From: Promethearchaeota archaeon
GTDB lineage: Archaea; Asgardarchaeota; Lokiarchaeia; Sigyniarchaeales; SOKP01
NCBI GenBank assembly: GCA_016840085.1
Contig: JAEOTA010000004.1
Span: 32,001-96,000 of the forward strand
DNA: 64,000 nucleotides
Reading direction: 5' to 3'
Shown here piece after piece: positions 19,367 through 28,600 of the stretch. How positions within the stretch are numbered: the stretch's first letter is position 1; every line of letters starts with the position of its first letter. Under the pieces are notes generated by a model, which saw only the letters and a list, made by a program, of their open reading frames with translations, did not search any database and had not been told where the DNA came from. The translations under genes were made by a program, and so were the position numbers.

Positions 19367-20494
19367 ATGGTTAAATATATTTATAAAGAATTCAAAAGTG
19401 TATTAAACAAATTAAAATATCCAGATTCTTGGTTTTGGGCGCGCTATACCTTAAATGCATATTTTGGATGTGCCCACGCATGCATATATTGTGATGCCCG
19501 AAGCCAACGATATTATTTAAAAGATTTTGAGAATGAAGTCATTATCAAAACTGATTTTGATAAAAAATTAGATCTCAGACTTAAAAGAGCTCGAACATTG
19601 TTGCCTGATGTAATAGCTCCAGGTGGTGTAAATGATGCATATCAACCTATTGAAAAAAAAGTTAAACAAACAAGAAAGGTCTTGCAAGTTATAGCAAAAC
19701 ATAAATTTCCAATAAATATCGCTACTAAATCAAAATTAATTACTCGAGATATTGATATTCTTAAAAAAATCGCAGCTGATACTTGGTGTACTATAGGATT
19801 CTCGATATCTACCACGAATGTAGAATTAGCGAAATTTTTGGAACCATATTCTTCCCCTCCTTCAGAACGCCTTGAAGCATTAAAAATTATAAAAAAAGAA
19901 GCACCTAAAATCCAAGTTGGCACCTACTTTATTCCAATCATTCCCTTTTTAGAAGATGATGAAAATAATTTAGAAGATGTAATTAAAAAGACAAAAGAAA
20001 CTGGAGCAGATTTTATATTAATTAGTCCTGGTTTGACGTTAAGGGATTTACAAGCAGAATATTTCATTAAAAAACTAAAAAAAAGTAAATATCAACATGT
20101 TGTTAAACTACTTTTAAACTTATACAAAGGTCAAATGCATCCTCCTGCTGATTATGTCCACAAGATGCATTTAAAACTATTTAGTTTATCTCAAAAATAT
20201 AATCTACCTCTTCGTGCGAAAAGATGGATCCCAAAGGATTATAGGAAATGGAATTATAAAATTTCTGAAATTTTGTTGAACAAAGAATACATTGATCTCA
20301 TAAAAACAGGTATATCAAATACAACCATGAAATGGGCTGGTTTAAAATTGAATAATCTGAAAGAATCGATAATCGATGTATATAAAAATGGTAGAATTGA
20401 CCAGTTAGAAGGTTTTTATAAAAAAGAAATCAATATTATTAAACCCTATGTAGAAAAATTTGATAAAAAAACAAATTTAGATAAATTTTTATGA
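19367..20494 (+). CDS. SPL/Rv2578c-like radical SAM protein (DNA-repair associated)
   Basis: NAYFGCAHACIYCDAR, DAYQPIE, IATKS, LEPYSSPPSERL; C-terminal PIP-box-like TNLDKFL. Confidence 0.85.
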   Translation: MVKYIYKEFKSVLNKLKYPDSWFWARYTLNAYFGCAHACIYCDARSQRYYLKDFENEVIIKTDFDKKLDLRLKRARTLLPDVIAPGGVNDAYQPIEKKVKQTRKVLQVIAKHKFPINIATKSKLITRDIDILKKIAADTWCTIGFSISTTNVELAKFLEPYSSPPSERLEALKIIKKEAPKIQVGTYFIPIIPFLEDDENNLEDVIKKTKETGADFILISPGLTLRDLQAEYFIKKLKKSKYQHVVKLLLNLYKGQMHPPADYVHKMHLKLFSLSQKYNLPLRAKRWIPKDYRKWNYKISEILLNKEYIDLIKTGISNTTMKWAGLKLNNLKESIIDVYKNGRIDQLEGFYKKEINIIKPYVEKFDKKTNLDKFL

Positions 20495-21237
20495 CGATTT
20501 CTGATATTATCACAAGCATAATAAAAGATAACCTCAAAAAAACAGCTCCTTCCTTAACTAACGACCAAATTAGACGAAGAGATAGGGTTTTAAATTCAGA
20601 TAATCCTAATTTTATAGGATATGGACATACACTCTCAGAAATAGAAAAAATCGTAAGGTTAATTCATAAAGATTACCCTTGTAGTTATGAGGAAGCTATT
20701 ACTGTTTTCAAGAATTTGGTTAGCTCCAACGTTCATGAAGAGAAATTTGCAGGAATTTTCTTTCTTAATCGATTTAAAAACAGTTTTAATGATGATACTA
20801 TTGATATGTTAGAACAACAGATTTCTAAACACTGTGATACATGGGCTTTCTGTGATAGTAGCTGTATTAGAGTAATTGCCCCATTTCTCGGAAAAAAAAC
20901 CAATCAAAAACTAGCTAAGAAGACTATTGAGAAATGGTCAAATTCAGAAAATCTATGGATTAGAAGAGCATCTCTAGTTATTTCGCTTAAGATTGTAATG
21001 ATTAAAAAAGAATTCGATGAGACGCATGTGTTCGATTTTGTTGAAAAAATGATTACAATACCAGAAGATTATATCCAAAAAGCAATTGGCTGGCTTCTCA
21101 AAACCTGTTCAAAATTTAATCTAGAATCAATTTTCAATTACTTGATGAAAAATAAAATGAAGCTTCCCCGTTTAATTCTTAGATACGCAAGTGAAAAACT
21201 GTCTCAAGAAAAGAGGGAGCAAGTGCTAAAGAAATAA
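20491..21237 (+). CDS. AlkD-like DNA alkylation repair protein
   Basis: DTWAFCD, WSNSENLWIRRAS, YIQKAIGWLLK HEAT-like motifs; overlaps the upstream stop (ATGA). Confidence 0.88.
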   Translation: MTISDIITSIIKDNLKKTAPSLTNDQIRRRDRVLNSDNPNFIGYGHTLSEIEKIVRLIHKDYPCSYEEAITVFKNLVSSNVHEEKFAGIFFLNRFKNSFNDDTIDMLEQQISKHCDTWAFCDSSCIRVIAPFLGKKTNQKLAKKTIEKWSNSENLWIRRASLVISLKIVMIKKEFDETHVFDFVEKMITIPEDYIQKAIGWLLKTCSKFNLESIFNYLMKNKMKLPRLILRYASEKLSQEKREQVLKK

Positions 21238-21360
21238 GAGAACATGTTTTAATATAGGATTTTTTTGAAAAATAGAATATCCCCTATCTTCTTATTCAAA
21301 AGTATTAAATACTGTCTTGTCAAAGTTATACTTAATCCAATTAATATTGGGTGAAGAAAC

Positions 21361-21423
21361 ATGAAATCTAATTTAAAGAAAATAATACTATTGATTATAT
21401 TTGGAGTAATTTTATCATTTTGA
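21361..21423 (+). pseudogene. Orphan signal-peptide-like remnant (MKSNLKKIILLIIFGVILSF*)
   Basis: GGTGA SD-like motif upstream; resembles the N-terminus of the 25625 surface protein (MKSKLKQIIALIAII); stops after 20 codons. Confidence 0.4.
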
Positions 21424-21656
21424 TAAATACAAATTTTTTTTTAAGTACTTTTTACTCCCAAGTTCTTTTAATTTTTGACAAAACTATAAAAATGCTTAAC
21501 TCTTAAACTACTATGACATAAAAATGTCGACATCGAAATTTCAATGATTATTCATTTTCAGCCAAAATTACATCTGGAAGTAAAGTAATTACAATATTTA
21601 TTGTAAATAAAAGAGTTGAATTAAAAATAAAATACAAAGTAAGATCTATATCAATT

Positions 21657-24056
21657 TTGATATATCTAATATTTGTTTTTGGTGTTTTTTCAATAGTTAA
21701 ATTTGATGAATCGAAACCTACTTACAATTATAGCATTTTTGGTGAAAACTTTACAATTAAATCAAGTTCTTCTAAGTATACTAATGCTACGGTAATTTCG
21801 GATGACTATACTAATTGGAATAATGATAATAGCTATGATCCTTCAATTGCTGTAGATGATGGTGGAAACCTTCATGTGGTGTGGCATGATCATACTAATG
21901 GTCCATGGGGTTCTGATACTGAGATAATGTATGTGAATTATTCTTCTTCAGCCGGATGGTCTAATGCTATTGTAATTTCGGATAACGGTACTAATTGGAA
22001 TAATGGAATTAGTGAAAATCCCTCAATTGCTGTAGATGATGGTGGAAACATTCATGTGGTGTGGCATGATCATACTGATGGTCCATGGGGGACTGATATT
22101 GAGATAATGTATGTGAATCATTCTTCCTCAGCCGGATGGTCTAATGCTATTGTAATTTCGGATGATGGTACTAATTGGAATAATGATAATAGTAGGAACC
22201 CTTCAATTGCTTTAGATAGTGATGGAAACATTCATGTGGCATGGCATGATCTTACTGATGGTCCATGGGGAACTGATACTGAGATAATGTATGTGAATCA
22301 TTCTTCCTCAGCCGGATGGTCTAATGCTACAGTAATTTCGGATGATGGCACTAATTGGAATAATGATGAGAGTATATCGCCTTCAATTGCCATAGATAAT
22401 GGTGGAAACATTCATGTGGTGTGGCATGATCTTACTGATGGTCCATGGGGAACTGATGGTGAGATAATGTATGTGAATCATTCTTCCTCAGCCGGATGGT
22501 CTAATGCTATTGTAATTTCGGATGATGGTACTAATTGGAATAATGGTGATAGTAGGAACCCTTCAATTGCTGTAGATAATGGTGGAAACGTTCATGTGGT
22601 GTGGCATGATTTTACTGATGGTTCATGGGGTACTGATATTGAGATAATGTATGTGAATCATTCTTCTTCAGCCGGATGGTCTAATGTTATTGTAATATCG
22701 GATGACGGTACTACTTGGAATGATGGGGCGAGTTATGAGCCTTCAATTACTGTAGATAATGGTGGAAACATCCATGTGGTATGGTATGATTCTACTTATG
22801 GTCCATGGACAAGTGGTGCGGATACTGAAATAATGTATGTGAAATATTCTTCATTAGCTGGATGGTCTAATGCTACAGTGATTTCGGATGGATCTGGGGG
22901 TATCTATTGGAATGATGATGACAGTGAGTACCCTTCTATTGCTGTAGATAATGGTGGAAACGCTCATGTGGTGTGGCATGATTTTACTGATGGTCCATGG
23001 GGAACTGATAGTGAGATAATGTATACATTCATCGGTGATATAGTACCAGTTATTATAATAAATTCTCCTACTCCAAATGAATATATTGGAAGTGTTGCTC
23101 CACACTTCAATATTTCCATTGTTGGACTGTTTTTAAACACTACATGGTATACTTTAGATGACGGAAAAACCAATATAACATTCAGCGGATTAACTGGAAC
23201 AATCAATCAAACAGAATGGGCCAAGAAAGGAAATGGTACAGTGACTATTAGATTCTATGCGAATAATACCGCAGGTAAAGAGGGATATGATGAAGTAACT
23301 GTCTACAAAGATACCATTGCGCCAATTTCATCAATATCCTACATTGTCCATAAAGAACCAAATATGGTGAATATATCAACAACTTTTACATTAACTGCCG
23401 ATAATGCGAGTGGATCTGGGGTTTCTGTGATTAGATATAAAATTAATGATTCCGGCTGGTTAGATTATAATTCCCCCTTTGACTTAGATTTATATGCGTA
23501 TGGTGATCTTCTTATCTCGTATCAAGCAATCGATGAAGTTGGTAATATTGAAACAGTAAACACAGAACTGGTGGAATTGATGGGACCTCCTTCTGAACCA
23601 TGTGAACTTGTTAAACTTTTGCAAGTGGAGATAACTGAAAATTCTTATTCGACTGAACACTTCAATTTCACGTTCTTAGTATTTAACGAGCTTGGACAAG
23701 CGATTGATTTCGCAACAATTCAGATCTGGTGGAATGGAAATGATGTTTCTGATGATGTTGTTAATCTCGGAAATGGACTATATTTTGTATCTTTAGAACC
23801 CAAAACAGTAGCACCTGGAGAAGATCCAATCCTACTTAAAATGATAATCTCTGCTTCTGGATATGAAGATAAACTGTTTGAAACGTATCTTGCTGTTGAT
23901 CCTGAAACTTTAGAAAAAGAAGTAGGAAAAGGAGCTGAAGGAGTTCCTCTCGTAACAATCATTATCGCAATTATATCAACTGTAAGTGGAATATCAGTAG
24001 CCGCAGCAGCAGTAGTCCTATTGCGTAAAAGGAAACGAGCTAGTGAAGTTATATAA
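21657..24056 (+). CDS. Cell-surface protein: 7 x ~60-aa beta-propeller-type repeats, Ig-like stalk domains, C-terminal TM anchor
   Basis: N-terminal hydrophobic segment; repeats PSIAVDxGGNxHVVWHD...EIMYV; many NxS/T sequons; C-terminal TM followed by RKRKR. Confidence 0.88.
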   Translation: MIYLIFVFGVFSIVKFDESKPTYNYSIFGENFTIKSSSSKYTNATVISDDYTNWNNDNSYDPSIAVDDGGNLHVVWHDHTNGPWGSDTEIMYVNYSSSAGWSNAIVISDNGTNWNNGISENPSIAVDDGGNIHVVWHDHTDGPWGTDIEIMYVNHSSSAGWSNAIVISDDGTNWNNDNSRNPSIALDSDGNIHVAWHDLTDGPWGTDTEIMYVNHSSSAGWSNATVISDDGTNWNNDESISPSIAIDNGGNIHVVWHDLTDGPWGTDGEIMYVNHSSSAGWSNAIVISDDGTNWNNGDSRNPSIAVDNGGNVHVVWHDFTDGSWGTDIEIMYVNHSSSAGWSNVIVISDDGTTWNDGASYEPSITVDNGGNIHVVWYDSTYGPWTSGADTEIMYVKYSSLAGWSNATVISDGSGGIYWNDDDSEYPSIAVDNGGNAHVVWHDFTDGPWGTDSEIMYTFIGDIVPVIIINSPTPNEYIGSVAPHFNISIVGLFLNTTWYTLDDGKTNITFSGLTGTINQTEWAKKGNGTVTIRFYANNTAGKEGYDEVTVYKDTIAPISSISYIVHKEPNMVNISTTFTLTADNASGSGVSVIRYKINDSGWLDYNSPFDLDLYAYGDLLISYQAIDEVGNIETVNTELVELMGPPSEPCELVKLLQVEITENSYSTEHFNFTFLVFNELGQAIDFATIQIWWNGNDVSDDVVNLGNGLYFVSLEPKTVAPGEDPILLKMIISASGYEDKLFETYLAVDPETLEKEVGKGAEGVPLVTIIIAIISTVSGISVAAAAVVLLRKRKRASEVI
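21781..23027 (+). repeat. Intragenic tandem repeat, 7 units of about 180 bp
   Basis: Units begin CTAATG at 21781, 21961, 22141, 22321, 22501, 22681 and 22867; long stretches are identical between units. Confidence 0.97.
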
Positions 24057-24333
24057 TTTCTATTACTAATTTTTCTTTTTTAATTACTTTTTCTTCCCAC
24101 GATCTTTTGTATTGCATAGTTATTGTAGCCTTCCCGCGCGTAAGAGATAAAAAACTGAAATGTTCTGTGCCGCCTCCACCCAGTTTTGGACTTAATGGCA
24201 TATAGGATTTTTCCTTAAGCTCTACAAAACTAGTATCAAAATCTGCATCCCAACGATAACCTGTACTCGGATTGGAACCTAAAGAAACCTTAAAAACATC
24301 TCCAAGCTTTACTTTAATTATCTTTTGATTCAT
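24049..24333 (-). CDS. Chagasin-family (I42) cysteine protease inhibitor
   Basis: NPSTGYRW, GGGG and YKRSWE loop motifs. Confidence 0.9.
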   Translation of the reverse strand: MNQKIIKVKLGDVFKVSLGSNPSTGYRWDADFDTSFVELKEKSYMPLSPKLGGGGTEHFSFLSLTRGKATITMQYKRSWEEKVIKKEKLVIEII

Positions 24334-24371
24334 ACTTAATTTCTATATAAAAATTATCAAATTTTAATTTG

Positions 24372-24409
24372 AAGACTAAAAAAATTTTTATGAGAATCTA
24401 TACTTTATT
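24372..24409 (+). repeat. 38-bp direct repeat, copy 1 (upstream of the HAD gene)
   Basis: AAGACTAAAAAAATTTTTATGAGAATCTATACTTTATT; 36/38 identical to 25135-25172. Confidence 0.85.
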
Positions 24410-24454
24410 CCAAAATTCGATTAACTAAAAAGACAGATATAATAGTAGAATCCT

Positions 24455-25135
24455 ATGAAATATAAGGCTATTATTTTTGATCTATTCGGTACTCTTGTCG
24501 ATAATTATTCAGTTCAGGGATACAACAGATTATTAACAGATATGGCTTCAGCTCTCGAATTACCTGGTAAAGATTTTTCAAAACTTTGGCGTGATACAAC
24601 TTATGAGCGCGGAATTGGGACTTTTAAAACCACCGAAGAAAGTATAAGATATATTTGTAATATACTTGAAGTATCTGTAAGTGATGAAAAAATGAGGAAA
24701 TGTGAACAGATCAGAATAGAAAGCATCCGCAAAGCTTTAACTCCTAAAAATGGAGCTATTGAAATTTTAAAAGGTCTAAGGGGATTAGGATATAAGATTG
24801 GATTAATAACTAATTGCTCTGCTGATGTACCTCTTTTTTGGAAAAATACAGAATTCTCTCATTTCTTTGATGTTACAATATTCTCCGCTTCAGTAGGTTT
24901 GAAAAAACCGGACTCTCAAATATATAATTTAGCATGTGAACAATTAGGAGTCGAACCAGACACATGCCTTTACATTGGAGATGGTGATAGCAATGAACTC
25001 TCGGGAGCTTCTCAGTTTGGTATGGATGCTGTTATGATCCGTGATCCAAATGAGATAGATCCCTATCATTTAGTTGAGATAAATTGGAATGGTCGAATAA
25101 TTGAATCTTTCATGGAGATAATGGATCTGATTTAA
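24455..25135 (+). CDS. HAD-superfamily hydrolase
   Basis: IIFDLFGTLV, ITN, KKPD, YIGDGDSNEL. Confidence 0.93.
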   Translation: MKYKAIIFDLFGTLVDNYSVQGYNRLLTDMASALELPGKDFSKLWRDTTYERGIGTFKTTEESIRYICNILEVSVSDEKMRKCEQIRIESIRKALTPKNGAIEILKGLRGLGYKIGLITNCSADVPLFWKNTEFSHFFDVTIFSASVGLKKPDSQIYNLACEQLGVEPDTCLYIGDGDSNELSGASQFGMDAVMIRDPNEIDPYHLVEINWNGRIIESFMEIMDLI

Positions 25136-25172
25136 AGACTAAAAATATTTTTATGAGATTCTATACTTTATT
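25135..25172 (+). repeat. 38-bp direct repeat, copy 2 (at the HAD stop codon)
   Basis: AAGACTAAAAATATTTTTATGAGATTCTATACTTTATT. Confidence 0.85.
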
Positions 25173-25231
25173 TTTTATCTTATTCGGGATTAAATTTAAT
25201 TTTTAATTACGAATTAAGATTAATCATCTCA

Positions 25232-25425
25232 GCCAAGGTGGCGTAGCCCGGTATGCATTGGAGCTTTTCCACTGATGGGTAAGAACGCACCAGATCCATC
25301 GGATTTACCGAGAAAGGTGATACTGAAGATCTGGGTATCGAGAACTCTGGTTGTTTCAACCATTTTCGATAAGGTTCAAAGAAAAAGCCCAATTTTGAGT
25401 TTTTTTGGGACTCCCTCCCTTGGCA
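25232..25425 (+). tRNA. tRNA-Phe(GAA) with four BHB introns (about 20/20a, 30/31, 51/52, 59/60)
   Basis: Removing 25253-25281, 25294-25321, 25343-25372 and 25381-25411 gives GCCAAGG TG GCGT AGCCCGGTAGA ACGC A CCAGA CTGAAGA TCTGG GTATC GAGGG TTCAAAT CCCTC CCTTGGC A (76 nt, all stems Watson-Crick). Confidence 0.92.
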
Positions 25426-25624
25426 AGTTTTTTTCTCTTTTTTTAATAAAGTATGTAAAAATAAATGTCATCATAAAAGAAAAAAAGGATATCCTAATCG
25501 AAGATTAGTATCTTATTGATTTTAATTGTATAATTTTGGTCCTCATACATTATATTTACGAAGATATTAAATTATTAAAAACACTTAGAATGTTGTTCTA
25601 ATAAATTTTTTAAGTGAATATTCA

Positions 25625-28600
25625 ATGAAATCCAAATTAAAACAAATAATAGCTTTAATAGCTATAATATTGCTTATAACTTTTTCTTCAACAATTTATA
25701 TAAATTTATATGCTTATATCGATAACACCAATAATAAATCGTCTACAAATCCAGATGAGAATATGTCCACATTAAGCAGTAGTTCAAAAAGTCTCATCTA
25801 TCATGAAGATTTTAACGATACGTCGAGTTTTTGGGATCTGTATGATGTACCAAAGAGAACAATGGCTTTATCTTACCTTCCGAGTGATGATGCCTATACA
25901 AGTTCAGCAGATCCTTATGAGTATTACGGATCACAATCTCAATGTAAAGTAACTAATGAACCAGAATGGACTTTTTCTGGAGAATCATGGTTCATAGGTT
26001 CTCATTGGACATTTCCTCTCGATATTTTCTGGGATGGAAGTAATTGGTGGTTGCTAGATATTAATTATCGCATAGTAAAAAAATATTCTTCTTCATGGGG
26101 TTATACTGGGGTACATTATGATCTTAGTCCTCAAAATGATGCACCAGCAGATATTTTTTGGGATGGAGCTAATTGGTGGATGCTTTCATTCGATAATATT
26201 GTTTATAAGTATGATGCTTCTTGGGGTTATACTGGGATTTCTCATGATCTCAGTTCTGAAGAAGATAATGCCCAAACTTTCTTTTGGGACGGGAATAATT
26301 GGTGGACAGCAGGAGGCGGTAATCAAAGAATTTATAAATATGATTCTTCTTGGAGCTATACAGGAATTTCTTATGATATTAGCATCTTAGGTATAATACC
26401 CCAAGATATTTTTTGGTGGGATGGAGGTTATTGGTGGGTACTTGATAGTTCTATTTCCTATATATACTTGTTCGATTCTGATTGGGTCTATACTGCGATT
26501 TCTCATGATCTCAGCTCTCAAGATAATCACCCATTAAGTATATTTTGGGAAGGAACTAATTGGTGGATGGTTGGATCTAATGATATTATGGTCTATAAAT
26601 ACGATTATACACCATGGGACAATCATGAATGGATTTACACGGGAATTTCTTATGATTTTAATCCTATTTTTTATGAACCAATCGATGTTTTTTGGGGGTA
26701 TGGGGATTGGTGGATACTTGGACTCGATAGCCAAAGTTATAACTGGAGAGCGTATAAATATTCTTCTTCATGGGAATTTACAGGAGATCAAATCAATCTT
26801 ACTCCTATAGTTGAAGAGCCAATTGACTTTTTTTTTCATGATAGTGCTGTGATATATGTGATTGGATATAATAATTCACCCACTCCTGCAATTACCAGAT
26901 TTTCATCCGACTGGGACGTATTTGATATTTCTTTTGAACTTTACGAAGATGGAGACCCAGAAAGTATATGTTGGGATGGAACTCATTGGTGGATGTTAGG
27001 AAGTGAGAATGATAGGGTTTATCAATATGAAGATCATTTTGATTATTGGATGTATACTGAAGTTACATATGACATAGGCACTCAAAATAGCAATCCAAGA
27101 GATATATTCTGGGATGGAACTAATTGGTGGATGTTAGGAGGCAATGGAAAAATTTATAAATATACATCTTCTTGGGATTATACTGGAATCTCTTTTCCTC
27201 TTAGTTCTCAAGATAGTGATCCAACAAGTATATGTTGGGATAATTGGTATAATCATTGGTGGATGCTTGGTGCTGATCAAGGTATGATGTTTAAATATTT
27301 GGAACCAAGGGGGGAAGAGTATAGTTTTATTAAAAAGGAATTTCCCTATCTCTATACGAATTATACACAAAATTCCAACTTACGATGTTACGTGAATGAT
27401 GGTGTTTTTCCTTCAACTATTTACTCTTTTTCTACCTCAAATTTTAACGAAGCATCTATCATTTGGGATAATCAACCATCAGAAGTAGATTCTTTAGCAA
27501 GTTCAGTGGTTACAGGAACTGGTTGGGCTACAATAAATCTAAGCCACCCCTTTTATTATTATCTACTTAAATGTGATTCAAATTCTATAGAGTTTAGTTC
27601 TTCAGAAGCCTCCAGTAATCATCCCACGATAAATTACTATCTCAGCAAACATTACCAAGGAGGAGGAATATTGTATTGTCAGACAAATGAATCGGAGGTC
27701 TTAACTTTAAGAAGTCCAAATAGTTATAATTTTAATTTAAAAAAAGGAGATAGTATAGAAATTACATTTAACACGACTTCTTCAAATAAAATAGATTTTA
27801 ATCTGAGATACACAGGAATAGAACAAAAGAGTTTTACGTTTTCAGAAATGGGAAATATAGATTTTACTACTCGAACAGTTGAGTTAATACTTGATGAAGA
27901 TATGACTATTGATCAATTTGAAATTAGTGGATTGTTTGATGTGACAAAGAACTTGATTATCGATGAAATCAGAATATATACTCCTTCAATTTATATTGTC
28001 ACTCCAGAAAATAAGACTTATACTGGACCGATAGATGGATATTATCCTGCTACTTATTCGTTTGATGAGGGTGCTCTAGGTGAAGACCCGATTAATTGGA
28101 TAGTAGATGAGACAGGCGGAACTTGCAATGTTATAGGGGACATCGCTGGTCATAAGAGTGTAATTGAGCTTAATGATAAATCAGATCCTAATCAAGTTAG
28201 AGTAAGTAATTATTTCAATCCTCAGATTTCAGGAATCCTTGAATTTTGGTGGATGACCAATAATGTAACAAAAAATTCTTACTTCAGGTTAAATCAGGAT
28301 AATATTATTGGAGTGAATTTGAGAATCTCTGATGGTTATTTCGGTTATTATGATTCAAGTCTGCATCAAATAAAAATAATTGAAAACAATAAATGGTATC
28401 ATCATCAAGTTATATTTAACGCTTCAAAAGACAAGTATGATTGGTACATTGATGGGATCCTTGAAGTAAATGACGCTAATTTTGATAATCCAATAAATCT
28501 TCCAAATAGACTCTTATTTGAATCACATACTACTATGAATGATTATTGTACTTATTATGATGCGATTGGGTATTCATGGGACCCTAATTACAATATTGGC

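Noticed and set aside
21781-23027. Repeat array as a CRISPR array or DGR target
   Set aside because: Units are in-frame 180-bp coding repeats with no unique spacers. Variation is not clearly adenine-specific and no reverse transcriptase or cas gene is in the window.
25207-25508. ORFs 25207-25392 (-) and 25275-25508 (+)
   Set aside because: They overlap the four-intron tRNA-Phe; the frames are open only because the locus is GC-rich.
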